DNA of 64,000 nucleotides from the NCBI GenBank assembly GCA_026395595.1, contig JAPLYL010000004.1:8086-72085 (forward strand), read 5' to 3'. This DNA is from Candidatus Parcubacteria bacterium. Lineage in GTDB: Bacteria > Patescibacteriota > Minisyncoccia > Phycocordibacterales > CAIJYI01. Made by a program: the position numbers and the translations under genes. Positions 46,566 to 56,670 of this stretch are shown piece by piece. The notes under the pieces were generated by a model, which saw only the letters and a list, made by a program, of their open reading frames with translations, made no database searches and was not told the DNA's origin. How positions within the stretch are numbered: the first letter of the stretch is position 1; every line of letters begins with the position of its first letter.

Positions 46566-46701
46566 TAAAAGCGAGAGATGGTATAAAAGCAAACCCCGAA
46601 GGTCTCGGGATTTTGTTTGTGTGGATAACCGTTATAATCCATTTTTCTTTTTGTGGTAAACTGTAAGTGAATACTCTCTATAAGTAATTAATCATATTTT
46701 C

Positions 46702-48102
46702 ATGTTGTTAAAAAGAAAAGAGGATTTGGAAATAGCGGCAATCAAAACTCCTTCATACGGAGATGTGTCGGCAAATCAGATTGAAATACCTCGCGATGTT
46801 CCAAGGGCGCCTGAAGTATCCCAATCTCAAAACGTATCGCAATCATCTCCCGAAAATATAGCAAGCCGTCTTTTTTCCGCAAAAGAATCAACTCGCAAGA
46901 TTGAGGAGGAAGAAGAATATACTCCGACCAGCTGGCTGAATGAAATTTTCATGGAGTCTATTCGCTTGGGGGTTTCCGATATTCATATCACTCCTGAAAG
47001 AGAATATATCTCCGTACGTTTCCGTGTAAATGGTATCGTGACAGAAGTAGCAAGGTGGGATATCGGTTACCACGACATGGTCATTTCCCGTATCAAAGTT
47101 ATTTCCGGTTTGAAAGTGGTTGAGAAAAACACTCCACAGGACGGACATCTTGAACTCGCTTTGGAAATACCGAAATCGGATGTTCCCGCAGGACAAACCC
47201 CGCCGAAATCGGTGAACTTCCGCGTGTCTACCATGCCGACCATAAACGGCGAAGCAGCTGTCCTTCGTGTCTTGAGCCGAGAGGGCGCTGTTATTAGTCT
47301 TGCAGAAGTAGGTCTTTCAGATAAGGCTCTTCCTGTGGTAAAAAAAATGCTTCAAAGAGGTCATGGAATTATTCTTATGACCGGTCATAGTGGAACAGGA
47401 AAAACGACGACGCTTTATGCCGCTCTCAACGAAATTGATGCAAAACAAAAAGCTATTTTAACACTTGAAGATCCGGTTGAATATCGCGTTCCGGGGGTGC
47501 GACAGTCTCAAGTGAATTCGGCGGTCGGATATACTTTTGGCGCAGGACTGAAAGCGATGCTTCGCCAAGACCCTGATGTTATCATGATCGGTGAAATACG
47601 AGATGAGGAAACCGCCGGCATCGCCATGCGTCTTGCTTTAGTCGGAAGGCTTGTTCTGACAACGCTTCATACGAGCAGTATCTCCGGAGCGCTTACCCGC
47701 ATGATAGATATGGAAATAGCGAAATCTATTATCGCTTCCGCTTTTGCCGGAATCGTCAACGAGCGTTTAGTGAGAAAGATTTGTCCTCACTGCAAGCAAG
47801 AGTCTGTTCCTCCGTATGAACTCATGAAAATGTTTGATATCGTCTGGCCCGAAAATGAAAAGCTCTATGCGGGAAAAGGGTGCGAACAATGCGATAATAC
47901 CGGATACCAAGATCGTATCGGCATATTTGAAGTGCTGGAAGTTAATGAGGAATTCAGAAATATCATTCTGAGCGGTATGTCATTGAGCGTTTTAGAAGAC
48001 TACACCAGAAGTCATGTCGTTCAGACGTTGCGTGAAGACGGTTTTGACAAGGTGCGAAAGGGAATTACGACTCTGGAAGAAGTGATACGCGCGACGATAT
48101 AA
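46702..48102 (+). CDS. Type IV pilus/T2SS assembly ATPase (PilB/GspE family)
   Basis: SDIH, PQDG, GTGKTTT, EDPVE, LRQDPD, GEIRD, CxxC...CxxC. Confidence 0.92.
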   Translation: MLLKRKEDLEIAAIKTPSYGDVSANQIEIPRDVPRAPEVSQSQNVSQSSPENIASRLFSAKESTRKIEEEEEYTPTSWLNEIFMESIRLGVSDIHITPEREYISVRFRVNGIVTEVARWDIGYHDMVISRIKVISGLKVVEKNTPQDGHLELALEIPKSDVPAGQTPPKSVNFRVSTMPTINGEAAVLRVLSREGAVISLAEVGLSDKALPVVKKMLQRGHGIILMTGHSGTGKTTTLYAALNEIDAKQKAILTLEDPVEYRVPGVRQSQVNSAVGYTFGAGLKAMLRQDPDVIMIGEIRDEETAGIAMRLALVGRLVLTTLHTSSISGALTRMIDMEIAKSIIASAFAGIVNERLVRKICPHCKQESVPPYELMKMFDIVWPENEKLYAGKGCEQCDNTGYQDRIGIFEVLEVNEEFRNIILSGMSLSVLEDYTRSHVVQTLREDGFDKVRKGITTLEEVIRATI

Positions 48103-48120
48103 TATGTTATAGTGATCGTT

Positions 48121-48840
48121 ATGCTTCATGTTAAAACACCCGTTTTTGAAGGCCCGTTGGAGCTTCTTCTGAGTCTGATTGAAAAGAGAAAGCTTTTTAT
48201 AAATGATATCTCTCTTTCTAAAATTGCGGATGATTATATCAGCGCCGTTCAATCTCTCCCCGATATTCCGCTTAAAGATGTCGCGAACTTTGTGTTCGTG
48301 GCCTCTACGCTTGTTTTGATAAAATCAAAATCTCTTTTGCCGACGCTTGATCTTTCCGGAGAAGAAGAAGGGGATATCGAAAGATTAAAAGAACGATTGC
48401 GCGTTTACCAAAAGATGAAAGAGCTTTCGGTTTTTGTGAAAGAAAATTTCGGGAAGAAAATTTTATACGCAAGGGAAACTCCAAAAAACAGAATTGTCAC
48501 TTTTTCTCCAAGCGAGGATACGACCCTGCAAGATATTTTTGCTTCTGTTGCGGGTATTTTGAGCCGGCTGCCAGCGATGGATGTTTCGCCAAAAGGAGTG
48601 ATAAAAAAAATGGTAACTCTGGAAGATGCTATCGGAAGACTGGTGAGGAGAATTGATTCGCATCTTCGGATGAGCTTTAAGAAGTATTCGGGAATTGGAA
48701 AAGAAGAAAAGAATATGGTCATCGTCAGCTTTTTGGCGGTTCTTGAACTCATTAAGAGAGGGGCGATTGTGGCGGAACAAAGAGAAAATTTTGCGGATTT
48801 TGATATTGAAACGAGAGATATAAAAGTGCCAAGGTATTAA
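48121..48840 (+). CDS. scpA: Segregation/condensation protein A (kleisin)
   Basis: FEGPLELLL, IKSK.LLP, FLAVLEL. Confidence 0.92.
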   Translation: MLHVKTPVFEGPLELLLSLIEKRKLFINDISLSKIADDYISAVQSLPDIPLKDVANFVFVASTLVLIKSKSLLPTLDLSGEEEGDIERLKERLRVYQKMKELSVFVKENFGKKILYARETPKNRIVTFSPSEDTTLQDIFASVAGILSRLPAMDVSPKGVIKKMVTLEDAIGRLVRRIDSHLRMSFKKYSGIGKEEKNMVIVSFLAVLELIKRGAIVAEQRENFADFDIETRDIKVPRY

Positions 48841-48906
48841 AAGAAAAGAGAAAAAAGCAATAAGGAAAAAGGGGAAGCTTTACATTGTGCCGTGTTTGTT
48901 TTTACG

Positions 48907-49030
48907 TCGCCGGTTCTGGGTTGTACCCGGAACCGAAACGTTTGAATAATATGTTTAAATTTAGTTTAAAAATTAAAGTTTATTTGGTCACACAAACGTT
49001 TCGGTACGAGGTACAACCTCGTACCGGCGA
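48907..49030. mobile_element. REPIN/MITE-like 124-bp element
   Basis: Inverted ~37-bp termini, each a hairpin followed by AAACGTTTG; AT-rich spacer; second copy at 44217-44481. Confidence 0.65.
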
Positions 49031-49110
49031 TAATATCACGAGATTATAAAGAACGTGAGGAAATACTCATACTCTGTACCAATGTTTGTTTATCTGTTAT
49101 AATATGAAAC

Positions 49111-49761
49111 ATGACCATTGACGCGCAAATAGAGGCCATACTTTTTTTTAAGGCGGAACCGATAAAGACCATGAAATTGGCCGAAATTTTGGGGGCGGAA
49201 GAAGAAACCGTTCGACAAGGAATCGCCCTTCTTTCTGATAAATTGGAGGGACGAGGGGTCGCTCTTCTTTTGAAGGACGATGAAGTTTCTCTTGCCACGG
49301 TTGCTGATGCCGGAGATATCATAGAAAAATTGGTGAAAGATGAACTTCATCGCGATCTTGGAAAAGGAGCGATAGAAACACTGACGATAATTCTCTATAA
49401 AGGCCCGATTCAGAAATCAGAAATTGATTTTATTCGGGGAGTCAATTCCAATTTTATTCTTCGCAATCTTTTGGTGCGCGGTTTGGTGGAAAAAATTCCT
49501 CATCCGACCGACCAAAGAAGTTTTTTGTATCGTCCGACTTTTGACCTGCTGGCGTATCTCGGAATCAATAAAATAGAAGACTTGCCGGAGTTTGAAGAGT
49601 TCAGAGAAAAGGTTGAAGAAAGTATGGAACAGTTCTCTGATAAAGACCGTGTTGTTGCCGAAGAAGTAAAATACGAAAATTTCCCGATACCTTCGGAACA
49701 AGACCAAGACGAAGAAACGGCAAATTTTTTAGGGGATTCCGACGAAGAGAAAATTAAGTAA
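49111..49761 (+). CDS. scpB: Segregation/condensation protein B
   Basis: IEAILF, ETL.II.Y.GP, IRGVNS, I.DLP. Confidence 0.92.
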   Translation: MTIDAQIEAILFFKAEPIKTMKLAEILGAEEETVRQGIALLSDKLEGRGVALLLKDDEVSLATVADAGDIIEKLVKDELHRDLGKGAIETLTIILYKGPIQKSEIDFIRGVNSNFILRNLLVRGLVEKIPHPTDQRSFLYRPTFDLLAYLGINKIEDLPEFEEFREKVEESMEQFSDKDRVVAEEVKYENFPIPSEQDQDEETANFLGDSDEEKIK

Positions 49762-49824
49762 AATAGCTTTGGCTGGACTAGGTCAGACTCTGTCCAGCAA
49801 AAGAGATTTTTTAGGAAAATAAGT

Positions 49825-50847
49825 GTGGATTTTGTCGCGCCAGTCTTTGGCTGCCCCCTATGCCACAGCGAGCCGCGCGAGCGGTCAATCAAATTGAAAC
49901 GAATAAGCAAAAAACAAAGTATTGCCGTTGTTACTCTCGTAAATTGTTTTGCGATTTTTTTTGCTAGCGCTTTTCTTTTTACTGTAATTGTTTATGGAGA
50001 GAAACCAGTGCAAACAACGGAGCAAAAAAAGATTTCTCAAAAACCGGATCCTTTTCTTAATCTATCTCTGGAAGCAAAAGCTGTTTATGTTTTTGATGTT
50101 TCTACGGGAGAAGTTCTTTTTGTTAAGAATGAAAATGAACAACTCCCTCTTGCTTCGGTGACAAAGGTTATGACGGCGCTTGTGGCATCATCTTTTCCTG
50201 AAACAATGGATATTCGCATAACTGATGGGGACATGGCCTCCGGAGCCGGAGGCCTTCGTTGCGGAGAAGAATGGAGTTTGAAAAATCTTCTTAATTATAC
50301 GCTGGTTGTTTCTTCAAACAGCGGGGCGTCAGCAATCGCGGGTGCTGCCGGGGCGGTCATGACTAATGAGGAAGGAAACCCTGAAGCAAGAAACGAACAA
50401 GCTTTTGTTTCAGAAATGAACGCTACCGCGAAAAAACTCGGCATGTTACAGACCGTATATTACAATCCAAATGGACTTGATATTACCGATAGGCTTTCCG
50501 GAGGATATGGTTCAGCCAAGGATATGTCTACGCTGTTTTCTTATATTATAACCACAAAACCGATGCTTCTCGAGGCTACTTCTTATGATTCTTTGATCTA
50601 CACCTCTCTTGATGGAGCTCGTCATCCTGCAAAAAATACGAATACCGTGATTCGTAGCATTCCTGGGATGGTCGCTTCAAAAACGGGATACACCGATCTT
50701 GCGAATGGAAATCTTGTTATTGCCTTCAACGCCGGTCTTATGAAACCTGTGGTGGTTGCCGTACTCGGTTCCAGTCAAGAAGGAAGATTCGCTGATATTG
50801 AAAAACTCGTCATCGCGAGTCTCGTAAAAATCGGTCAAGGAGAGTAG
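49825..50847 (+). CDS. D-alanyl-D-alanine carboxypeptidase (S11); start uncertain, probably ~49894
   Basis: ASVTK, SSN and KTG motifs; N-terminal TM. Confidence 0.88.
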   Translation: MDFVAPVFGCPLCHSEPRERSIKLKRISKKQSIAVVTLVNCFAIFFASAFLFTVIVYGEKPVQTTEQKKISQKPDPFLNLSLEAKAVYVFDVSTGEVLFVKNENEQLPLASVTKVMTALVASSFPETMDIRITDGDMASGAGGLRCGEEWSLKNLLNYTLVVSSNSGASAIAGAAGAVMTNEEGNPEARNEQAFVSEMNATAKKLGMLQTVYYNPNGLDITDRLSGGYGSAKDMSTLFSYIITTKPMLLEATSYDSLIYTSLDGARHPAKNTNTVIRSIPGMVASKTGYTDLANGNLVIAFNAGLMKPVVVAVLGSSQEGRFADIEKLVIASLVKIGQGE

Positions 50848-50894
50848 ATTTATACACTCTTTTTATTTCTTCCTTTTTGGCTTATAATGCAGAT

Positions 50895-51977
50895 ATGATA
50901 TTGGACGTGGTGAAAGTATTTGCGCCTACGGCGATAGCGTTTTTTGTTGGGATCGTTATGACCCCGTTTTTGACGCATTACCTGTACAAATACAAAATGT
51001 GGAAAAAGAAATCCGGAAAGGTTGCGATGGACGGAAGCGCAACGCCGCTTTTTAATGCGCTTCATAAAGACAAAGAAATCGGTACTCCGAAAATGGGCGG
51101 AATCATCATTTGGGGAAGCGTTTTGATTACCATACTTATTATTTGGTTTTTTTCCGAATTTTTTCCGAATAGCGTAACCGGGAAATTAAATTTCCTTCAC
51201 CGTAATACGACGTGGCTTCCTCTGTTTACGCTTATCGCCGGCTCGCTTATTGGTTTGATTGATGATTTCTATGAAGTCATGGGGACGGGCGATCATATTG
51301 CCGGCGGTCTTTCTCTTAAAAAAAGATTGCTCGTTGTTTTTCTTATTTCTCTTATCGGCGCGTGGTGGTTCTATTCAAAGCTCGGAGTTTCTTCCGTTTC
51401 CATTCCTTTTGACGGCATTGTGAATATCGGTTTTTGGTTTGTTCCTCTTTTTTCTCTGGTTATGCTGGCGGTGTATTCAAGCGGTGTTATAGATGGCATT
51501 GATGGTTTAGCCGGCGGAGTTTTTGCCACGGTATTTTCCGCTTACGGCATAATCGCTTTTTACCAGCAACAGATAGATATTTCCGCTTTTTGTTTTGTGT
51601 TGGTTGGGGGGATACTTGCTTTCCTTTGGTTTAACATTCCTCCCGCACGATTTTACATGGCCGAAACTGGAACGATGGGGCTCACGGTTACTCTTGCCGT
51701 TATCGCTTTTCTTACCGACGCGCATGTTGACGGAAAAGGACTCTCTGTCCTGCCTATCGTGGCTTTCCCGCTTGTCATCACCGTACTTTCCGACGTGATA
51801 CAAGTCGCCTCAAAAAAACTTCGCCATGGCAAAAAAGTTTTTCTTATTGCGCCGCTTCATCATCATTTTGAAGCCATCGGATGGCCGGCGTATAAAGTAA
51901 CGATGCGTTACTGGGTTATTTCCATTATTTTCTCTCTGCTTGGAGTTATTATCGCCCTTTCCGGACATTTAGTCTAA
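50895..51977 (+). CDS. mraY: Phospho-N-acetylmuramoyl-pentapeptide transferase
   Basis: GTPKMGG, DD, DGIDGL, FN.PPA, APLHHHFE. Confidence 0.93.
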   Translation: MILDVVKVFAPTAIAFFVGIVMTPFLTHYLYKYKMWKKKSGKVAMDGSATPLFNALHKDKEIGTPKMGGIIIWGSVLITILIIWFFSEFFPNSVTGKLNFLHRNTTWLPLFTLIAGSLIGLIDDFYEVMGTGDHIAGGLSLKKRLLVVFLISLIGAWWFYSKLGVSSVSIPFDGIVNIGFWFVPLFSLVMLAVYSSGVIDGIDGLAGGVFATVFSAYGIIAFYQQQIDISAFCFVLVGGILAFLWFNIPPARFYMAETGTMGLTVTLAVIAFLTDAHVDGKGLSVLPIVAFPLVITVLSDVIQVASKKLRHGKKVFLIAPLHHHFEAIGWPAYKVTMRYWVISIIFSLLGVIIALSGHLV

Positions 51978-51995
51978 ACGCAAAACAAAAAAAGA

Positions 51996-53111
51996 ATGCA
52001 TTCAAAAAAAGTTGATCACGTTTTTCTTTGGATTACGCTTGCGCTTGTTTTTGGCGGATTTTTTTTATTTTTGTCGGCATCTTTAGGGCTTTTAGCCAGA
52101 GAAGGAGGGGCGAGTTTTGAAAATGTTTTTGTGAGTCAAATAGTGTTGGGACTTTTTCTCGGATCAATTGCTTTGTTTCTGATATCCCGTCTTCATTATA
52201 AATATATTCGGAAATTTTCTTTTTTTCTTTTCATTCTCGGCGTTATTCTTACGATTTGCGTTTTTGTTCCGGGTATCGGTTTTGGTCACGGAGGAGCAAA
52301 AAGATGGCTAAACTTGGGATTCACCACCTTTCAACCTTCTGAAGTTTTGAAGCTCGGTTTTGTACTCTATTTTGCTTCTTGGCTTGGCGCCGCGAAAGAC
52401 AGAGTGAGCACTTTGTATCATGGAACCATTCCATTTTTGGTAATTCTTGCTATCCCCGCGATACTTCTTGTTCTTGAACCGGATATCGGGACATTCGGCG
52501 TAATCGTTGCTGCCGGTGCTGGCATGTTCATCGTTGCGGGCGGGAGGATAAGTCATCTGGTTGTAATGGGGATTGCCGGTCTTCTTGTTTTTGCTGTCGT
52601 TGTGAACTATAAACCCTATCTGAGAGATCGTATAGATACGTTTTTAAATCCGGATAACGATCCTCAGGGTACCGGTTATCAGCTCAATCAATCTCTGATT
52701 GCGGTTGGTTCCGGACAAATTTTTGGAAGAGGATTCGGCCAAAGCATACAAAAATTCAGTTCTTTGCCGGAACCGACGAATGACTCTATTTTTGCGGTCG
52801 CATCCGAAGAATTTGGTTTTTTGGGAAGTTCAACTATCATTCTTTTGTTTCTTTTCTTTGCGATGAGGGGTTTTCACATTGCCGGGCATTCTCCTGATCG
52901 GTGGGGAAGGATTGCTGTGACGGGAATCATTCTCCTCATCATTACACAATCTTTTATTAACATCGCGTCTATGGTCGGACTTTTTCCTCTTACCGGGGTC
53001 CCGTTGATTTTTATAAGTCATGGAGGAACCGCACTCTTTTTTGCACTGGCTGAAGTCGGAATTATCTTGAGTATTTCGCGATACAAAACTACTTCATCTA
53101 TTTCTCAATAA
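51996..53111 (+). CDS. ftsW: SEDS peptidoglycan polymerase FtsW
   Basis: GAKRW, FQPSE, GYQ, LPEP.ND, PLTG.PL..IS.GG; follows mraY. Confidence 0.9.
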   Translation: MHSKKVDHVFLWITLALVFGGFFLFLSASLGLLAREGGASFENVFVSQIVLGLFLGSIALFLISRLHYKYIRKFSFFLFILGVILTICVFVPGIGFGHGGAKRWLNLGFTTFQPSEVLKLGFVLYFASWLGAAKDRVSTLYHGTIPFLVILAIPAILLVLEPDIGTFGVIVAAGAGMFIVAGGRISHLVVMGIAGLLVFAVVVNYKPYLRDRIDTFLNPDNDPQGTGYQLNQSLIAVGSGQIFGRGFGQSIQKFSSLPEPTNDSIFAVASEEFGFLGSSTIILLFLFFAMRGFHIAGHSPDRWGRIAVTGIILLIITQSFINIASMVGLFPLTGVPLIFISHGGTALFFALAEVGIILSISRYKTTSSISQ

Positions 53112-53115
53112 AAAT

Positions 53116-53874
53116 ATGATACCTTCAAAAAATAAAAAAGTAGGATTAGTGCTCGGATCCGGGTCTGCCCGTGGATTTGTTCATATCGGTATTATAAAAG
53201 TTTTGGAAAGAAATAATATACCGATTGATTTTATTGCCGGCTCAAGCATTGGTGCGCTCGTTGGGGGTATATACGCTGCGACGAAAGATATCGCCTATAT
53301 TGAAAAACTTGCTTTGGATACTGATTGGAAGCAGTTATTCAAACTGCTTGACCCTTTTTCTGTTATTGCTACTGATATTGTAAAAGGGGAGCCTGTTATT
53401 TTTCGCGAAGGCAATCTTGCCGAGGCTATCCGCGCGAGCGTTTCCATTCCTTTTCTTTTTCACACGGTTCCTCAAGGAGATAAAATCCTTTGCGACGGCG
53501 CTCTTTCTATTCCGGTACCCGTTGCTGTTGCGAAACAGATGGGTGCGGAATACACTATCGCCGTTGATCTTGATTCCGGTTATTTCAAACAAGAACATCC
53601 GAAACCAAAAGACAATCTTTTGGATACGGGAAATAATGTGGTGATGTTACTTTCTTCTCACCTCGCCAAAGAGAATATGAAGGATGCTGATTTGGTACTG
53701 ACTCCTCCTTTGGGGGACATTGCATGGAGATCGTTCGGGAGCAGAGAAACGACCGCAGATCTTATCGCTCGCGGAGAAAAAATTATGGAAGAAGCGTTGC
53801 CGCGATATTTTGAAACGAATAAGCCAAAAACATTCGGAAAGCGTTTAAAAGAGTTTTTGAACCAGCCCATTTAG
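53116..53874 (+). CDS. Patatin-like phospholipase (possibly with internal deletion)
   Basis: GSGSARG, GSSIG and DGA motifs. Confidence 0.85.
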   Translation: MIPSKNKKVGLVLGSGSARGFVHIGIIKVLERNNIPIDFIAGSSIGALVGGIYAATKDIAYIEKLALDTDWKQLFKLLDPFSVIATDIVKGEPVIFREGNLAEAIRASVSIPFLFHTVPQGDKILCDGALSIPVPVAVAKQMGAEYTIAVDLDSGYFKQEHPKPKDNLLDTGNNVVMLLSSHLAKENMKDADLVLTPPLGDIAWRSFGSRETTADLIARGEKIMEEALPRYFETNKPKTFGKRLKEFLNQPI

Positions 53875-53931
53875 ATAAAAAAATAAGCCCGCGAAATTTC
53901 GCGGGCTTTTATTCGTATGCGCTATTCATTG

Positions 53932-54330
53932 TTATTGAATAGTAGCATGTTTCGGCTTAATGTGTCCGAAACGAATCTCGTCAGTCGCACGCATGAGCGT
54001 TTTCAGAGCGGGACTTTCCACCATCATGTGGTATCCGTTTTCTGTTTTTTCCAACAAACCTCTGGTAACACCGTGATCTTTTTCGTACCAACCGGGACTG
54101 AGCTCTTTTTCTGTTGAGAAAGTGTCTTCAAATACTAAAGACTCAACAATTGGCTCCAGATCCGGAAAAAGCGTTCCCATAAGAGGAAACCCGCTTAATG
54201 CCACATAAGGATACGGTGTCCCCGCGCCTTTACAGATGTATCCGTTGGCAACGGGTACCTTTCCTTGCTCAACAAAAGTTACGGAGTCCTTTTTGACGTA
54301 TGCTCTTAATTTTTCATTAATGGCGAACAT
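53932..54330 (-). CDS. Hypothetical protein
   Basis: SD AAGGAGG; TTGACA-17-TATAAT at 54411-54439; hairpin at 53886-53909. Confidence 0.6.
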   Translation of the reverse strand: MFAINEKLRAYVKKDSVTFVEQGKVPVANGYICKGAGTPYPYVALSGFPLMGTLFPDLEPIVESLVFEDTFSTEKELSPGWYEKDHGVTRGLLEKTENGYHMMVESPALKTLMRATDEIRFGHIKPKHATIQ

Positions 54331-54461
54331 ACAAACCTCCTTTTGGTTTTTCACCAAAAAGTATGACTGAAATGTAAAGGAGCGAATCCTCTAACGTTCT
54401 TACTGTTTTTATTATATCAGCACTGTATGTTTATGTCAAGTGCTTTGAAAAAGTCGATTTA

Positions 54462-55001
54462 TCAAGCTGTTTTTTCAAAGTAGCCTTCGCCGTTCTTTTT
54501 TATTTTTTGAACATGGGGGACAGGGAAAACTTCGCCTTGCATGACAATATAGACGCCGTGAGGAAGGGTTTCTGCCGCGATGAGAGCTCCGCCCAGGTTG
54601 AATGAGGCGTCTGAATCTTCTGCCATGCTCGGACGCATAGCTCCGGTGAGAATAATAGTTTTGTTTTGTATATTTTCCGCAAGGAGTACGCCTGTTTTTG
54701 CCATGGTATCGGTTCCGTGGGTAATCAGTATCCGTTCTCTTGGGTCAAGCAAACAAACATCAAGAATTCTTTTTCTATCTTCGTCGGTCATATCCAGACT
54801 GTCTTTTTGCGGGAGGACGAAAATGTCGGCGTCATCGTCTTCTACTTTTATCACTGCTTTGGTATTTAGGTGTCTCACTCTTCCCGTTTTCAGAATTTTT
54901 TTCACAGCAGGATCCCCGAAGGTGATAACTTTTCCTTCGTCAAAATTATATTTTTCGGCATCTATGGTTCCGCCGGTGGCGATGATACGCAGAGTAGACA
55001 T
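54462..55001 (-). CDS. Short asparaginase-domain protein
   Basis: ATGGTI, KDSLD, HGTDTM, LTGAM, DASFNLG. Confidence 0.88.
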   Translation of the reverse strand: MSTLRIIATGGTIDAEKYNFDEGKVITFGDPAVKKILKTGRVRHLNTKAVIKVEDDDADIFVLPQKDSLDMTDEDRKRILDVCLLDPRERILITHGTDTMAKTGVLLAENIQNKTIILTGAMRPSMAEDSDASFNLGGALIAAETLPHGVYIVMQGEVFPVPHVQKIKKNGEGYFEKTA

Positions 55002-55038
55002 GTTTTTACTCTACAATGATTTATTTTCTTTGGCAAGA

Positions 55039-55689
55039 TTATCCGTGATTGCCGTATTTTTTGAAAAGAAGATATGAGTAGACAACAGACCCGAGCGCTG
55101 AAACCATAATGGGGATGATAAGAAACCAGATCATGAGGTGAGAAGGGAGGAAAAGACCGATAAGGGAAACAACGGCGGAATAACGGAAAGCTTTTCCGCT
55201 CCAGAGGTGTGTTTCATCCCAGACGCGCGGATTCGCCATTGTCCATGGCGTGCGAATTCCCATGAACCAGTTTTGTTTTATATGAGGAAGCGCGGTTCCG
55301 AGTCCGTACCAAAGAATTGCCATCGGAAGGACGATCATTCTTCCCATATCAAAGACATAACCGATGTTCCACATGATGGTAAGAAGGTGAATATAAAAAA
55401 GAAAGAAAATGATGCCGACGATGGTGGCGTTGTAATATCTTTGAAAAGCTTTTGCGTTTTCTTTCAATGGATCAATTTTGGGAAGCCAAAAGAATAGTAC
55501 GGAAAGAAAAATGATAAGGAACGGCATCATAAAGAGTCCCCAGAACTTGGACAGGTATCCGTTTACTTCACCATCCACTCCCCAATGAGAAGCGACCTGT
55601 GCAGGAAGAAGAGGATAGAAATAAACGCCGACGGCGAATGACAGTAAAGTAATAATGGTAATGATGATGTACGAAGTTTTTGTTGTCAT
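55039..55689 (-). CDS. SdpI family immunity-like membrane protein (DUF1648 + SdpI)
   Basis: LP..VASHW...G..NG, NWFMGIRTPWT, W..TH. Confidence 0.85.
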   Translation of the reverse strand: MTTKTSYIIITIITLLSFAVGVYFYPLLPAQVASHWGVDGEVNGYLSKFWGLFMMPFLIIFLSVLFFWLPKIDPLKENAKAFQRYYNATIVGIIFFLFYIHLLTIMWNIGYVFDMGRMIVLPMAILWYGLGTALPHIKQNWFMGIRTPWTMANPRVWDETHLWSGKAFRYSAVVSLIGLFLPSHLMIWFLIIPIMVSALGSVVYSYLLFKKYGNHG

Positions 55690-55724
55690 AATTTAATTAT
55701 ATACGTTTGATAAAAAAACAGAAG

Positions 55725-55782
55725 CAAAAACCCCATGTTGTAAATTCTAGCATATGCTAGAATTTACAACATGGGGTTTTTG
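55725..55782. repeat. Perfect 58-bp loopless palindrome
   Basis: CAAAAACCCCATGTTGTAAATTCTAGCAT|ATGCTAGAATTTACAACATGGGGTTTTTG. Confidence 0.95.
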
Positions 55783-55821
55783 ACAAAAAAATACCCCTTG
55801 CGGGATATTTTTTTGTAAACA

Positions 55822-56022
55822 TTAAACTTTGTTAACGTGTACGGCGTTCGGTCCTTTCGGGCCTTGCGCAACTTCAAACGTTACTTTGTCTCCTTCTCTA
55901 AGGTCGGAGAACTGAACGTTTTCAAGTTCGTTTGAGTGAAAGAAGATGTCTTTCTCTCCGCCTTCGCGAGCAATGAATCCAAAGCCGCGATCAGTGATAC
56001 GAACGATTGTTCCTTGTTGCAT
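55822..56022 (-). CDS. Cold-shock domain protein
   Basis: RGFGFI, DIFFH, G.KGP.A. Confidence 0.95.
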   Translation of the reverse strand: MQQGTIVRITDRGFGFIAREGGEKDIFFHSNELENVQFSDLREGDKVTFEVAQGPKGPNAVHVNKV

Positions 56023-56203
56023 CTGAGCGTGAAATAGTGATTAAAACACAAACACAGAATTGCACAATAACTTCGACTACGATCCTTAATGCAATCTTTT
56101 ATTTGATACTGTCAAGTATACTACAGTGCGTTTCTGATGTCAATGGGTGCGGTGTGGATTGAACCTTTGATTTTTGGGGTAATGGCGAGTAGAATAATTA
56201 CAT

Positions 56204-56626
56204 ATGAAAATACTTTTATGGACTTTAGCGGTTATCGTTCTCGGCGGAGGTATGCTTTTTGCCGTCAAAACGATGAATAAAGAGAATGTTGAAAAAAATA
56301 CTGTTCCCGGACAGTATGATACATTCGCGCAGTGTCTAAAAGACAGTGGGGCTGTGTTTTACGGAGCATTTTGGTGCTCTCATTGCCAAGAACAAAAAAA
56401 AGAATTTGGAGATTCATCAAAACTTCTTCCGTATGTGGAATGTTCCACCCCTGACGCAAAAGGCCAAACCCTTATTTGTGAAGAGAAGGGAATCAATAGT
56501 TATCCGACTTGGGTATTCAAAGATGGTTCGCGGATGTCGGGAACACTTTCATGGAAAGTCTTGTCTGAAAAAACCTCGTGTGCTTTACCAAAAAGTGTGG
56601 CTACTAATACCCCCGCGGTTATATAG
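56204..56626 (+). CDS. Membrane-anchored thioredoxin-fold protein
   Basis: FYGAFWCSHC, YVEC, YPTW. Confidence 0.8.
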   Translation: MKILLWTLAVIVLGGGMLFAVKTMNKENVEKNTVPGQYDTFAQCLKDSGAVFYGAFWCSHCQEQKKEFGDSSKLLPYVECSTPDAKGQTLICEEKGINSYPTWVFKDGSRMSGTLSWKVLSEKTSCALPKSVATNTPAVI

Positions 56627-56670
56627 AGAAAAAAAGAACCGCCCACGAGGGGCGGTTTTTTTGTCTTTCT

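Noticed and set aside
49765-49895. GC-rich hairpin (GCTGGAC/GTCCAGC) and leader before the D,D-carboxypeptidase as a riboswitch
   Set aside because: No recognisable aptamer consensus; could be a repeat remnant or coding sequence
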